Under the pieces are notes generated by a model, which was not told the DNA's origin, ran no database searches, and saw only the letters and a program-made list of their open reading frames with translations. Shown piece after piece: positions 63,518-64,000 of a stretch of 64,000 nucleotides of DNA; the first letter of the stretch is position 1, and each line of letters begins with the position of its first letter. The DNA comes from Candidatus Dormibacteria bacterium (lineage in GTDB: Bacteria; Chloroflexota; Dormibacteria; Aeolococcales; Bog-877). The position numbers and the translations under genes were made by a program. Where the stretch lies: assembly GCA_050734135.1 (NCBI GenBank), contig JBOHUG010000016.1, positions 6,532-70,531 of the forward strand, in the 5' to 3' direction.

Positions 63518-63603
63518 GCCGAGGTGGTGAAATGGTAGACACGCTGCTTTGAGGGGGCAGTGAGCGCAAGCTCGTCCGGGTTCAACTCCCGGTCTCGGCA
63601 CCA
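63518..63603 (+). tRNA. tRNA-Leu (anticodon GAG), class II, CCA encoded
   Basis: GCCGAGGTGGTGAAATGGTAGACAC..CTGCT-TTGAGGG-GGCAG, long variable arm, T arm CCGGG-TTCAACT-CCCGG, acceptor, then ACCA. Confidence 0.9.
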
Positions 63604-63646
63604 CCATTTCGCTCCCGGCCATGCGGCCGCGGAGCTCCGCGCAACG

Positions 63647-64000
63647 CTAGGGCGCGAGTCGCGACTCCAGCTGGTAGAGGAAGCGCGAAGCTGCCATGCC
63701 GTCGATCACCCGATGGTCAAAGGAGAGAGACAAGTTGGCCCGGCGCCCCACCACCACCTGGTCACCTTTGACCACCGCACGGTCCTGAATGGCATGCACT
63801 CCCAAGATCGCGACGTTGGGCCAGTTCACCAGCGGTGTCGCTAGCAGGCCCCCCTGCTTGCCGCCGCTGGAGATGGTGAAGGTTGAGCCATTTAGCTCAG
63901 CCGCGGTGAGGCCCCCGCCCCGTGCCGCCTCGACCACCCGCTTCAGCTCCTGGTGGAAGACGTCCGGGCCCAGGGTGTCAGCATCGCGGATGGTCGCGAC
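63647..64000 (-). CDS. 2-oxoacid dehydrogenase E2 (dihydrolipoamide acyltransferase), 3' end only
   Basis: GSTFTISSGG..GGL..TP..N.P.VAILGVHAI, and SLSFDHRVIDG (catalytic His). I checked that the frame stays open to position 64000. Confidence 0.85.
   Translation of the reverse strand, partial: VATIRDADTLGPDVFHQELKRVVEAARGGGLTAAELNGSTFTISSGGKQGGLLATPLVNWPNVAILGVHAIQDRAVVKGDQVVVGRRANLSLSFDHRVIDGMAASRFLYQLESRLAP

Noticed and set aside
1-64000. CRISPR arrays, rRNA genes, intact integrases/transposases, and long tandem or dispersed repeats
   Set aside because: Scanning by eye found no regularly spaced direct repeats, no rRNA-like conserved blocks and no recombinase motifs. Only the short repeats listed above were seen. 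A computational repeat search would be more sensitive than my reading.

Overview
Visibly GC-rich bacterial chromosomal window. It is mostly housekeeping genes, and nearly all genes from about 17.4 kb to 62.5 kb are on the minus strand. Gene order follows the conserved Gram-positive arrangement. In coordinate order the blocks are:
- a glycosyltransferase locus (GT-B fragment, amidohydrolase, two large membrane glycosyltransferases including a GT39/PMT type)
- MTAP, nadA and a ThiF/MoeB gene with three DsrE/F/H-like genes
- tRNA-Leu(TAA)
- a cupredoxin, an aminotransferase and a glutamine amidotransferase
- ispG-rseP-dxr-cdsA-uppS-frr-pyrH-tsf-rpsB
- hslUV, topA, an FNR-type reductase and trxA
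- rplS-trmD-rimM-KH-rpsP-ffh-ylxM
- ftsY-smc-rnc-acpP-fabD-rpmF
- coaD-rsmD-recG-degV-DAK2-asp23, with rpmB divergent
- ribH-ribBA-ribE-ribD behind an FMN riboswitch
- tRNA-Leu(GAG) and the 3' end of a 2-oxoacid dehydrogenase E2 gene

Accessory or unusual content:
1. A roughly 4.2 kb lower-GC islet lies downstream of tRNA-Leu(TAA). It is bounded by a 56-nt imperfect copy of the tRNA 3' half. It carries an IS1595-type transposase relic, an aberrant tRNA-like gene and a tightly packed cassette of unrecognised ORFs.
2. An oxidoreductase-methyltransferase fusion with an XRE-cupin regulator, plus 547 bp of unexplained noncoding DNA, interrupts the ftsY-ylxM junction.
3. A decayed RHH/MazF toxin-antitoxin pair sits next to an orphan CpaE/TadZ-like ATPase whose Walker A lysines are both Arg.
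4. RNase III carries a roughly 243-aa tail with five quasi-periodic poly-Arg clusters.
5. A GNAT acetyltransferase gene is frameshifted.

I saw no CRISPR array, rRNA, intact integrase or intact transposase. No complete, clearly novel multi-gene system can be demonstrated from sequence alone. The islet cassette is the best candidate for follow-up.
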